Assembly: GCA_051362555.1 (NCBI GenBank)
Contig: CM120649.1
Span: 14,570,001 to 14,634,000 of the forward strand
Direction of reading: 5' to 3'
Source: Lingula anatina
Lineage: Eukaryota; Animalia; Brachiopoda
DNA: 64,000 nt
Made by a program: the position numbers and the translations under genes. Numbering within the stretch: the stretch's first letter is position 1; every line of letters starts with the position of its first letter. Under the pieces are notes generated by a model, which saw only the letters and a list, made by a program, of their open reading frames with translations, did not search any database and was not told the origin of the DNA. Positions 14,901-26,819 of the stretch are shown one piece after another.

Positions 14901-17900
14901 AACAGAAGAACAAGTGGAACGATTGCCATGAGCGACATGACCTCCCAAGATGGCCGAGATAGATGTTCTAGAGAACGGAATCCACCGCTGACAATTCATG
15001 ATAAAGAACTAATCAGAAGTAGCAGCTCCAGCAGGGAATGTGCTACAACTTTTACATAATGCCAAGTTTAACACTGTTTTTAGTGGGTTTTGTTTATGTT
15101 TAAAAGAGATGTATGTTGAATATTTTGTTTTTGCTACATATCACCTATTTCCATTTATTTTCGATTGAGTTTTAATTTATTGAATTACTCTCTGTCTGTA
15201 TTTTGTCATTGTATTCTTCATTCTTTTCATATGTGGCTACAGCAACTTATTTGAGGGAGTAAATTTAAATCAGACAAAAGAATGTTTACACTTGAGTACT
15301 AGCATCATACATGTACATGTAATAAAGTGAACTATGAATCGATTTTTTAAGACAATGGATAAGGGGGTAATAATTTATTATTCTCTTAAACTCTCAATGC
15401 TAAAATCTCAAAACTGCAAAGAAACTTTGCAATTTCTCCCAATTAAGCACCTTAATTCAGAAGTCGGCCAGCTGTAAGAATTATGCTAAATGTCAGATTG
15501 CGAGAAAATTGAAATAATAGGTCTTCTCAGTTTCAGGTCTGCGACCTTGGAGCTGAACCCCCTTCTCTCTCCATTGTTTTCATAGCTACCTGAGAGGTAT
15601 TTGTACAATCTGCCTATCAAGAGATGGTGTTGGCTTAAAGGATAACTTTACTCCAGAGGAAAATATTGTGAAAATACAGCTATCTGTTGATATGATAGCG
15701 GAGCGGCTGTTTATTTTCCTGCGAGGAGCAGTGTTTACAGTAGGGACTATTTGAAGTTTTTGGTCCTTGCATGATTTTGATCATTTCAGATGCCAAAAAT
15801 GTGTAAAATATGGTCATGTATTTTGAAATTAAGCAGTGAGATAGTTGCAAAAGAAGAGAGAAATGTTATGAAAACCAAGTTGTCTAGAAATATGCTCTCT
15901 CTCTCTCTCCACATCTTTCTACTTTGAATTTATATGACTTCATAGTTTGAGGTGAAAGCAAGAAACATGCCTTTTGCAAAATGCTGTGCAGAATTTCATG
16001 ATGCATTATTTATTCTGCCTGCATATGTTTGAAACAGAAAATGGTTTCATTAGTTATGGTACAATAATTGTAATGTACTAGTCATTTCACATCTTAAATA
16101 ATGCATGATATATACACATATACACACATAATATAAACACAAAATCTGTTATTGAAAATATATACAGTAACATGATTTACATTCATCTAACCACATTTTT
16201 TGCTAAATGTCGTGTTTTATTTGTGCCAAGTAGATTTTGGTATAAGTGCTGTTATTTTGTTTTGCTTTTTCAAATTTTTTAAACTGTTGGTAAATTAAAC
16301 GAAAATTTAAAAATGGAATGTTTATCTCTAGATTCAAAAAGCTATATTAACTTAAAAAGAAAAAAATTAACTGGACTGGTATTTTGGTCCCGGTTCATTT
16401 ATTTAAAATTACGTTTTCCATTTCATCAACAAAGAAACTGTATTGTGTCACCCAGCCCGCTCCAAAAGTTACGTCTTTGCAGATCACAAAATAAATTCAT
16501 AATCACATATATAAGAATGTGTAACTGACTTGCATTACAGCTTCTGTCCCAAAATTGCTATAGTGTAAATGTCCAATTGTTTATAATTGTTAAAACATTA
16601 GTTCTGAAGCAGTAAATGTTGTTTGTTATTGTATCATGTTACAGTGTCACAAGTGATGTAATATTGTCTGATAGGAATCCAATAGTTCCAATAAGATCAG
16701 AGTCATAAAGTGCAGGGTATATTTATGTATACATATGCTTGGTCAATGAACCTGGAAGATATCTGAATTAGAAAGGAAAGGTGGCAATTGAAAAAACAAA
16801 CAGTGATAACTCCATCTTTTCAATGGGCAAAAATTCTTAATTTACAGACATTGAATTTTTTTTAAGTCATAAATTCTTGAAATTAGAACATTCCTGTTCC
16901 CATTAAGAGATATAGCAACAAAACTGAAAAGCAGACCACCTTGTATTATTATAATGTCTATTCTATACTGTAATAGCACCTCATATGCTACTGTGACACA
17001 AAAATATATTTTTAATGATTCCAAAATGATTATCTGAAAGTTTGATAATTTTTCCCCTATTGATAAGATCCATTCATTACCATAGCTCAGAAATGTATAA
17101 TCACCCAAGGACACACACAACAACATCACCTGATAGTGACCAAAAAGAATTTTCAAAATTAAGGCTGGACATTAAAAATCATTAACCTACAGGTGCTATT
17201 ATTTCCATCCCCCCCACCCACAGCTTATTAAACCCACCGCCTTTTAACAGGCCACTTATTGAATCCCCTTTGTGGTCTGAAAATTTGAACTTCTTAACTA
17301 CATCTCCTCTTTTGTTTCCTCGTAAGTTTTATCAGGAAGGAGTCTGGGTAGATACAATGGGGGCTGGCTAGAGTTTATCATCAAGGGGCAAATCAAACAG
17401 TGGGATTCCTGATGTTCTATGTTTTGTGTGATCTTCCGAGATCATTATGCACATGGGGACTCTGGAAATGTCAACTAGACTGCTTTGGTAGCTGGGATAT
17501 GGAAGGATTTGGATATCTTTTGGCGATGGGCAGGATTTGCAAGCATCTGCTTCTGTTATGATCAGACATGAGCTTTTTCCACTGAAATGCGGAATCCCGC
17601 GTTTTATAATTCAGTTCTGATGGTTCCTGAGATTCGTCAAGATCTGCAATAAAATCTGTTCAGTTTTTTTTTTTTTACTTTTTTTTTTAAACCTAGTCTC
17701 TTGTCTCTATGATGATACATACAGTTCAATAACTGAACTTGTAAAGTATTGCTTTATAATGCATTTTATGAGGAATTTTTCCTGAAATGTATGTTGACAT
17801 TTTTCTGCTTTTCCTTTTGTTCTATCTCAGGGAATTTGTTGATTATGCCCCTGTTGTTTGTTGAAAATTTCCCAATAAAGCAACAAAATGTTATTTTAAC

Positions 17901-18307
17901 CTTTTATAAATAATTTGGGAATGATATGTCCTTCAATTAATCTTCAAGCAGCTATCCAAGGCAAAAATTCTTATTGTTGTGATGAAAAATTATGTTATTT
18001 ATGCATTGAAAATGTTTCTAATTTGAAACTTTCAAGAAGTAATTCATCATGTATCTATGACATTGTACATAGCAACATCCATTGTGACTATAAAAGGATT
18101 ATGAAGGATTATCATTAGGATTAACAGTTGTCAATTTGATAGTTGTCAGTAGCAGACAACAAGGCCTGTTTACACAATTTGGTTTATTCCAGGTTCAAGC
18201 CAAGAGTGCAAACTAAAACCATTTGGTCCTAAATATTAACTATCTAGAATGTTATGTTGGTCTCTGCTGGGGTAATGGAAGCAGATTTTCAATATTTTAT
18301 TTTTATT

Positions 18308-18374
<67 letters not shown>

Positions 18375-20088
18375 TTTTTGTCATTTTCCATTTAAATATA
18401 GGGAATAACAAATTTGACCAGATAAGATTTCATGTAAAAAGTTTTCAATGGTGGTTAAGAAATTTTACTTCAGCTTGCAAAAAAAAAAAAAAAGATTTGA
18501 TTAATAGCATTTATTTAATTTTGAGTGAAAGTTACATTTCATTAAACACAATGATATTGGACTTATCTTTCAAATTTTTCTCAAATATTTACACAATTTT
18601 GTTTTGTTTCAACCTCACACCTGGATCAAGTATGCGTAAAAACCAGTGAGCAAGTGTAAACATGCTTTCAATTCTGATAGTTTACACGTATAGTAATAGG
18701 TAAATCTTATTGATTTGTTAATGATGGATTTGTTTTGATTGGAATTAAGGAGTTAACCTGTGTACCCACACCTGTGGATAGTAGAAGTGAGACGGAAAAG
18801 GTTTATTTGGTGAACGTGCATTTGTAGAAAAATTCTACTTCTTTGGCAGCAGAACTTCATTTATGTCAGGTTTTCCAATAGAATTTATTATTGAATTGCT
18901 TTTGAATGTGACAGTTAATTTAGTCTTTTCAAGTCTGATGATTTGTCATCTGTGATGTTCAGTGCTTATGACATTGTTCGCAGAGGTTTGTAGGCTGTTA
19001 CTATTTGCATGTCCGTCTCCATTATTTTTTCTCAAAAATGTCTTATAAATTCATTTTGTCTTTTGCCAATAGTAAAATGTGATAGAAATTAGTAGACAAA
19101 AATAACATTTTTAGATTAATTTAACTTCATAATGCTGTAAATGTAGATGAAAATAGTTATTGACAAAATAAAACATATTTCTATAGGAGTAACATAACTT
19201 TTATAGACATTTTTACTCAGTCTATAAAAAATGCCCCTCATGGTAAAAAATTGTTCTAAATTAAAAATCCAATTATTCTAAGGTCAGTAAAGTCATGAGA
19301 TCACCCTCGAAAGGCTAAGGGAATTCCTCTGTCTGTTTTACTAGCCGCAACATATTTTGACACACATAACTAAAAATCCCTGGGGAAGAAAAGCCCACTT
19401 AGAATTGAAGATTAAAGTGCTTTCTTTAGGGAATTACAAGATGAACATTATATTACCTTCAAGGAGTAAAACAATTTGTGAGCCGGGTTTTTTCATTGAT
19501 GTTTTTAATGACATCCTGTGAAACAATTTTGATGTTGTGTTATTACATAGAATGTCCCATGATTATCAACCCCATTATCCCAATTATGAATAATAATAAC
19601 AAGTGTTTATTGTTTAAAGCAAATCACTTTGCTTTGAATAATTTTGAGAGAGGTTAAACTTCTTTGATGATTATTATTAATTATTGGGCATTTATCATTT
19701 AATGGGCATGGAACTTTTACATCTTGTAAAACATTTGTAATGATCTGATTTTGTGTGTAATTACCAATATATCAGGTGTATTGTTTTTCATTAACAAGTA
19801 TGGTAGTTTTATATTCAATTGTTTGTATGATATCCCTTTTAAATAAATGATGATATTTTTCTTCAGTGATATATAAATAAGATTTGTTGCTCTTTTCTGT
19901 TTGCGCAGATCGAGTTCAGACTTAATTCACTATCGTTAAAAGGGACAAACTAGTTTGGCTGACCTATTCATATTTTATTGAAAAAGATACTTAGTAAAAT
20001 TGTGTATTTTAACTGAAATCTATAACAAAAACAGTAAAATAATGTAAAGTTGAGATTATTGACCAGATTTCCTATTCTCTCATTCTAG

Positions 20089-20257
20089 GTCTGTGTATCC
20101 TTATATTGAACCATGATGATCAGACATGGGTATGGGTCTACAGGAGTATCTTTCCCTGTGTCTGGGCCGCGATGCTACTTTTCCCTATGATTCAGGTATA
20201 ACTCTCTCTCTCTCTCACACACACATACATGCACGCACACACTCTCTCACACACACA

Positions 20258-20307
<50 letters not shown>

Positions 20308-21451
20308 TCTCTTTCTCTTATTTAGCTGTCCTCAGGGGTACAGTATATGTATTATTTGACAATTTACTTTACAGAACGTGTTCATCCAATGACATAGGCA
20401 TATACTGTATCTGTATTTATTTTTATGTCAGTGTAATTTACTTTCCTATCTTTACAGTAAGAAGTTGTTAAATCAAAAGTAGTGGCAATCCAATGCACCG
20501 TTACTCTGCCTGCGCCATCCTGAGCTTCAGTTTCAATGCATACCAGCTACTTCATTTTCAAATCTTCATATGAAATATGCATATACTTCTTAAATAAAGT
20601 CTAGTAAAATGAAGTATTTGGCATGAATTGTCTCTGAAAAGCTGACTCCCTCATAGTCTTCTCAGGTTTATGTTGAGAAAAACAGTCAAGAATGATTGTC
20701 AAAGCTTGTGGATCATTTCTCATTGTATATTTCACTCTCTAATTTGCTTTGCCTTTAACTTTTGCCTGCAGGCTGCCAGAATAAATGCCACTTGCTCTAA
20801 GTTCAAACAGATAGCCTTGGAAACTAGGGTGTTTGGCTACCAGAACAATTCCCAGCTAGATTTGGATTCCTTCCTCTTATTCATTTCTAATACAAGGTTA
20901 AGGGTAAGTCAGAATCTTACATTCTAGCACTTTTATTTATTTATTTATTTTTTTTTCTGTCGTAATATTCAGTTTTTTTTAAGTGATAATATTCAGTTGC
21001 TAACACATACTGATTTTACTAAAATAAAAAGGTTCTAGTGTATAGTTATACAGGTCTTGACTTTTTATTGCCTTATTTTTTTACTATAAAAATGAGACAT
21101 TCATGAATTGTAAGTACTTGCTTGTCCCAGTGTCATTTCATTAGATATAGTCTGCAGATAAATTTTTCTGAAATTTTGTCACATTTTATTTACAAGACAA
21201 AGCTTTTATTAGTGTCAACTTTATGTCATGCTTCTTACTTTTAATTTATTATTATGTATGCATGCATTGGATTAATGTATACTTCATTTGTTGACTATTT
21301 ATATAGCTTTTGTTTTACTAATTTTTAGGCAAAGTTGTTCAACATCCCAATGAAACCGTCATATCTGGTGGGAATTCTGGTGCTGGTATCTTTTATACTG
21401 CTGCTTCTCTTCCAAACAAGTCTGATTGGGCCTGGAGGACAGATATTCTAA
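20089..21451 (+). CDS. Gustatory-receptor-like / 7TM ion channel (GRL, GrlHz-type) paralog A; only the last three coding exons found
   Basis: GT-AG exons 20089-20195 (GLCILILNHDDQTWVWVYRSIFPCVWAAMLLFPMIQ), 20772-20903 (AARINATCSKFKQIALETRVFGYQNNSQLDLDSFLLFISNTRLR) and 21329-21451 (AKLFNIPMKPSYLVGILVLVSFILLLLFQTSLIGPGGQIF*) splice in frame. They align exon-for-exon, with the same phases (1,0,0), to the last three exons of the - strand gene. The terminal hydrophobic helix ends in hhhhhQ, as in the GR/GRL TM7 motif. Confidence 0.8.
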
Positions 21452-21460
21452 TGGTCAAAC

Positions 21461-21795
21461 GGGACCTGTTGGTAATATATTTAAAATTTTCAAATGGGAC
21501 CTGTTGGCAGCCAATTTTTTCTGAATTGTCACATGGAGCCAGGAAAACATATGTTCTTAGTGTCAAATGTAATCTGTTCATTGATCCCTTTTTTAACCAG
21601 TCAGGAAAGACCTGTTGGACAAATAGTCCAAGAACCATGAAGGACCTGTTATTGGGCACATTCTAACAATCAAAGAGGACCTGTGTTGGAAAAATAAAAT
21701 TCTAACAGACAAATGGGACTTGCTTGTGGACACATTCTTACAATCATATAGGACCTGGGTGACAAATACTTTAAAAGTCTAGTGAGACCTGTTGG
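21461..21795 (+). repeat. Degenerate ~36-bp minisatellite, core (caaat)GGGACCTGTTGG, ~10 units
   Basis: Core starts at about 21461, 21496, 21535, 21569, 21607, 21641, 21676, 21715, 21750 and 21784. Confidence 0.7.
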
Positions 21796-23907
21796 AGTTG
21801 GACACATTCCACCAGTCACACCAGATACAAATATGTCACAGATGTTTGTTAATTTGAATATAGTCCATTTTGATATTAACGAAACAAAGGACCAACCAGC
21901 AACGTGACACGCAATAGACAAGTGCTTCTTAAAGGGACATAACTATTGTTGTTGTGGAAACAATATTCTAACAGTCAAATAAGACCAGTCAGAACATCTG
22001 TCAAGTTGAACGAGGTTTCTGTTGACATTTTTGGGAGTGTTGGTATTGAACCCCAAGATTCAAGCAGAAATGTTGTTTGTGATCTCAAGTTTTGGGATGT
22101 CTTACGTGAATGTCCTAAAACTTGGCTGTGAGAGCTATCTTATCAGTTATACATTTAATATGTATTGGTATTTTTATACAATCATATGATCTTTGAACTT
22201 TTTGAATTAATTTGTAGTTAATCACATAATAGATATTTGTAAAATTTAGCAAAGTGTGCATTTACTGGATAAAATGTTGATTATGAATTAGTTTTGAAGT
22301 TGTACGCCAGTGAAAGTAAGTTATTTGTAAAATGCTACAAAAATATTGTGCCTTTAGCAAGAAAAATTATAATGGTTTACAGCAATCTTTCTGATGTAGA
22401 ACTCAGTTGATGCAATAAAATTTAATAAGTAACACATTTTATTTTCCAAATAGCATTTACTCTGTTGCCGTAAAGTTTTAAAATGTCTTTTTAGATATTA
22501 CATCAAAAGTGGTAAAAGTACTTGAAAGGTAAGTTTTGTAATATTGACAATACAGTTAGCACTTTAAATACCTTCACTGCTTTTTTACAATTCAATTTAC
22601 TTCTTCACACATTACAAACATAAAAAGAAACTGCCAGGATTCATCTTAAGTACTTTTTATGCTAACTTAAAATAAAGTAGCTTTTTGACACCAAATAAAA
22701 CATCTTCAATCCTGAAAGTACAATTATTACTTTGTACAGTGGCATAAAAATGGCATATTTTTCTAACATAATTGGCTTCCTTTTTTCTATTTTTAAAAAT
22801 AACTTAAGAAAAACTTTGAAAACCTGGATTTCATCTTGAAGTTGGCATTTCTTGAATATAGTACCATTTTTTTCCAATATTAAAATTTAAAAGCTTGAGT
22901 TACAAGTTTAACAATTATATTAAACATTAAAACAAAATATTTACAGAGGAACACATAACACAACATTCATTAATGCTTTGAGAAACTTGCATGTTTCTAT
23001 GATGGTGATCTAAAATTTTAATTCACAGTCTTGGACTTATGGCATAATGAGTATGATATTAATACTTTAATTGGAAATACGATTCTTCGATTTTCAATTT
23101 TCTTCATCTTGGTGGCTCACTTTATATGATGTAATTACACGAAAAATTCTTTTCTGTTCAAATATAATGCTTGAACCCAATATTGCAACACTTTGCTGAA
23201 CCAGCTGTCATAGAATTTTTTTTTTTTTTTTTTTTTTTTTGATTTCTGTAAATGATATGTTTCTGTATAAAAGAACTTGCAATTTCCAAAACAAAATAAA
23301 ATTATAATACATTGTAAGTACATAGTTATGTCTATGTAGAAGCAAAGGATTTCTAGCTTTAAAAATATCAAAAATCAAAATAAGCTGTATAAAAAAGCAT
23401 AATATTTTAACATTAGTCCTATCTCATCTTTGTAGTTAAGAATCTCTGACTTGTTTAAAACCCTGTTTGGTTTCTGCTAAAAATGAATGACCACAAAATC
23501 CAGGAATGTATTTCACCTTTCAATCAGCAACTGACACTAATGCGCCTGAAATGGCCTTAATATGCAATTTCAGATCATAAATGATATTACATGGTTTCAA
23601 TCAATGAGTTAAACTATTATTTGACTGACTACCGGTTAAATTGTTAAGCACATTGTCTCCCCACACACATCCCCCCATTGTGACGGAGGAATCCCCCATT
23701 GCGAGGGGAGGAAAATGCTTGACTACTTGATTGGAAGTCAGTCCAATATTAGCCTTATTCATCCAAGTGAAGATAATTTTTTATATTAAAAAGTAGAGTC
23801 AGTTCATGGCAAGATCATTTCAGTCTTTAATTATTAAAACCATGTAAGATCATCTGTGATCAAAAATTGCAGATTAAGACCAATTCAGGTTCACTAGAGT
23901 GAGTACC

Positions 23908-26125
23908 TCACAACCAAACACTGAACACACCAATCTGAAACAATAGGAGCAGGATCAGAGCTATCAGCACCACTATTCCAAAGACATAGGAGGCTTTCAC
24001 AGGGATCCCGAACATCTTTGCCTGCAAACATATAATTTATATTACATAGCTGTTGTTTTATTTTGGTATGCAAATAATGCTACTGTTAACATTTGTACAG
24101 TATGTGACAAAAGATGCATGATCATCAGTGAGTATTGCAAAAACTTGAACTTGAACGTGGGAACATATAAGACACTTTTGATAGCAACACAATTCTAATG
24201 TTAAAATTTATAAACATCATTTAAAAAATATTGTTTTCAATTTACTCACACAAACACACACAAAGACATGCACTAAATGCTTAAGACATATTTAACTTTA
24301 CCCTCATGTCCAAGGTGGATGTAAACATCAGAAAGGAGTCCAGTTCTTCTCTGTCCGTCCGCGAGTACACAAATGGCCGCGATCTCACCTCATGGCCTGA
24401 CTTTCTCAGGGTTCGACACCATGCAGATACACGACAGGCCTGAATATGATGATTCTTTGATGTTATAAAGGTATAACAATATGGTAATTACTCGATCTTT
24501 TCAATGGAGGTAAATTGTGAATTTTATAGTTACGTAATCATATTTTTAAGTCATAATTTACTAAAACAGGAAAATTTTCTATTGAGTGGCAACAATAAAA
24601 TTAAAAAGCAGGCTACTCTACAGTTTTATTCTATGCAGTAAGATGCAATATAGAAATATAAATTTTTCTGATTTTAAAATTATGTACCTGAAAGTTTTAT
24701 ACCTTTGGCCCATTAAAAAGATTGAGTATTTACCATGTTATCTTTATGGCTCAAATTACATGACATGGCACTTAAAAATGGCACTTAAAATGGCCACATG
24801 TGCATATCCTACCCTATCAGGAACAGCGTTACAGAACTCTCATGGAAATCCTATTCAACTAAGTCAGGGAACTTACTTAAATTTTTCGTGAAACCAGGGC
24901 CTGGGCTATCAAATACAATACACACCTGTGCCACAGGTAAAGCCATTATAGACAGCCACAAACAAGTTGCCAACAAGGTGACAGTTACCGACAACCAGTT
25001 GTCTGTGCTTTCCTTCGTTAATATACCTTCAAAACCTGAAAGAAGCAAACAAGTGATTTTCATAATCATGTCCATCATGTCTTTTTCATATCTTAGTGAT
25101 AAACATTTTCTTTTCTTTACACCAAAGACTTTTGCAGCAAAAATGAAAGATTAGCTTTTCCATGGAATTTCAAGATTTTAAATTGAATTGACAGGGTCTT
25201 AAGACTCTTATGCAGTCCATGGACCCCTGACTGATTAAGTGTTTGGACCTACAACAGACATTCAGAGATTACATTTTAAATCAAAGCTTATGTCTGATGA
25301 ATAATGAAACTAATTAATGTAGTCGTTAACTGCAAGACAAATATGCACTAGTTCATGAACTTACCTAAGATAATAAGAGTGATGAAGTTAAACATCAAAA
25401 TGGACACTGCAGTGCCCATGCTTCTGTTCAGAATATGAAGATTTTCTTCCAGGTCCATCACTTCCTGGAATAAGTATTTGCAAAACATATCTCCAAGTTA
25501 TATATTGACAGTTTGGTAATTCTTTTCTCCATAACCTCTTATTGCAGTTGTTTATTTAATGCCTGACATATGTGCTGTGCATGATCGCATATGTTAACTG
25601 CTAGTCATATACCAAGGCCTCTGTGTATCAGTTTACAATGTACGGAGAGAACTCCATCTTATTGATGGGTGAAAATTGTAAATTTTACAGATGCTGTATT
25701 TTTTAAGTCATAATTTCTTTAAGTTAGAACATTTCTATTGAGTTGCAGCAACAAAGCAGGCTACTCTATAGTTCTATTCTAAAGTAAAAGCACCACACTT
25801 GCTATATAAAAATATAATTTCATGACTGTGAAAATATGTACCTGTAGGATTGATTATTTTGGCCCATTGAAAAGACAGCGTCATCACTGTATTACTAAAG
25901 CATACCACTCAACATAAAAATTACCCTTACTTTCATAGCCTGCTCAAAGTCAACAATTTTCTCCTTGATTTTCTGACACAATCCCTGTAGCAGATAGATG
26001 ACCAAGGAACACTGGACGCTATAGTTGATGACCACAGCCACATAGACACAGTCCAGTACCGTATTACCAATGACCATCAGACACATGAGAACGCCTCGAC
26101 CCCCATCAGTACTAAAAAAAAAAAC

Positions 26126-26165
<40 letters not shown>

Positions 26166-26788
26166 GGGAAACAATGCGGTACCTAATTAGTTGCTTATTC
26201 CTGTGCAAAAAAAATTTAAATCTTCCATTCCATGGGTCAGTTACTGGTCACTTATTGGTCAGTTATTTTCTAGATAGCACTGGACACTAAGATTAATGAC
26301 CAAGGCTACATAATTACAGTACACTATCCAAATTTACAAAAACAAAATTTAAGATAAAAAAACTAGTCTGAACTTAAAGACTAAAATTTAACACCCCATT
26401 TCCATAGATTAGATCGACCTACTTTGGATCGACCTAACTCCCTGGGGGTTCGCGCTGAATAGCTGTCAGCCGGGCGGACACGAAAATTAATTGCCCCTTA
26501 CGGCTTGTAGTGGGCGGGGATGGACACTTAAAGGGGATTATCTGACAGTAGTCTGGTGAGACTCCCCGCAGTGATAGATCGATCTAAAGTTGTGGGAACA
26601 GACCCTAAGTCTCTTTGGCTCATGAATGGTGGTGGTGGTGCTGGGGGGTAAATGCATTTTGGTACAACGAACTTAAGAGTGTTATTTTATTACAATCCAT
26701 TGGTCAGTTAATTATACCCTGAATTTCACTGTGTCCACGCAACATAGCCCTAAAATCTGTCTAGAGAAATAAAATGAAGAGCAGGTGC

Positions 26789-26819
<31 letters not shown>

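Noticed and set aside
14905-15060. Open ~52-codon frame after an acag (RTSGTIAMSDMTSQDGRD...)
   Set aside because: No recognisable homology or partner exon; compatible with chance.
18223-18649. Hydrophobic FIYL-repeat ORFs (likewise the HT/SL/ER/poly-I ORFs at 6942-7443, 11790-12026, 20126-20471, 58655-58954, 63108-63444)
   Set aside because: These are microsatellite translations.
21461-21795. CRISPR-like repeat-spacer appearance
   Set aside because: The core is only ~12 nt and degenerate, the context is a eukaryotic 3'UTR, and there are no cas genes or leader.
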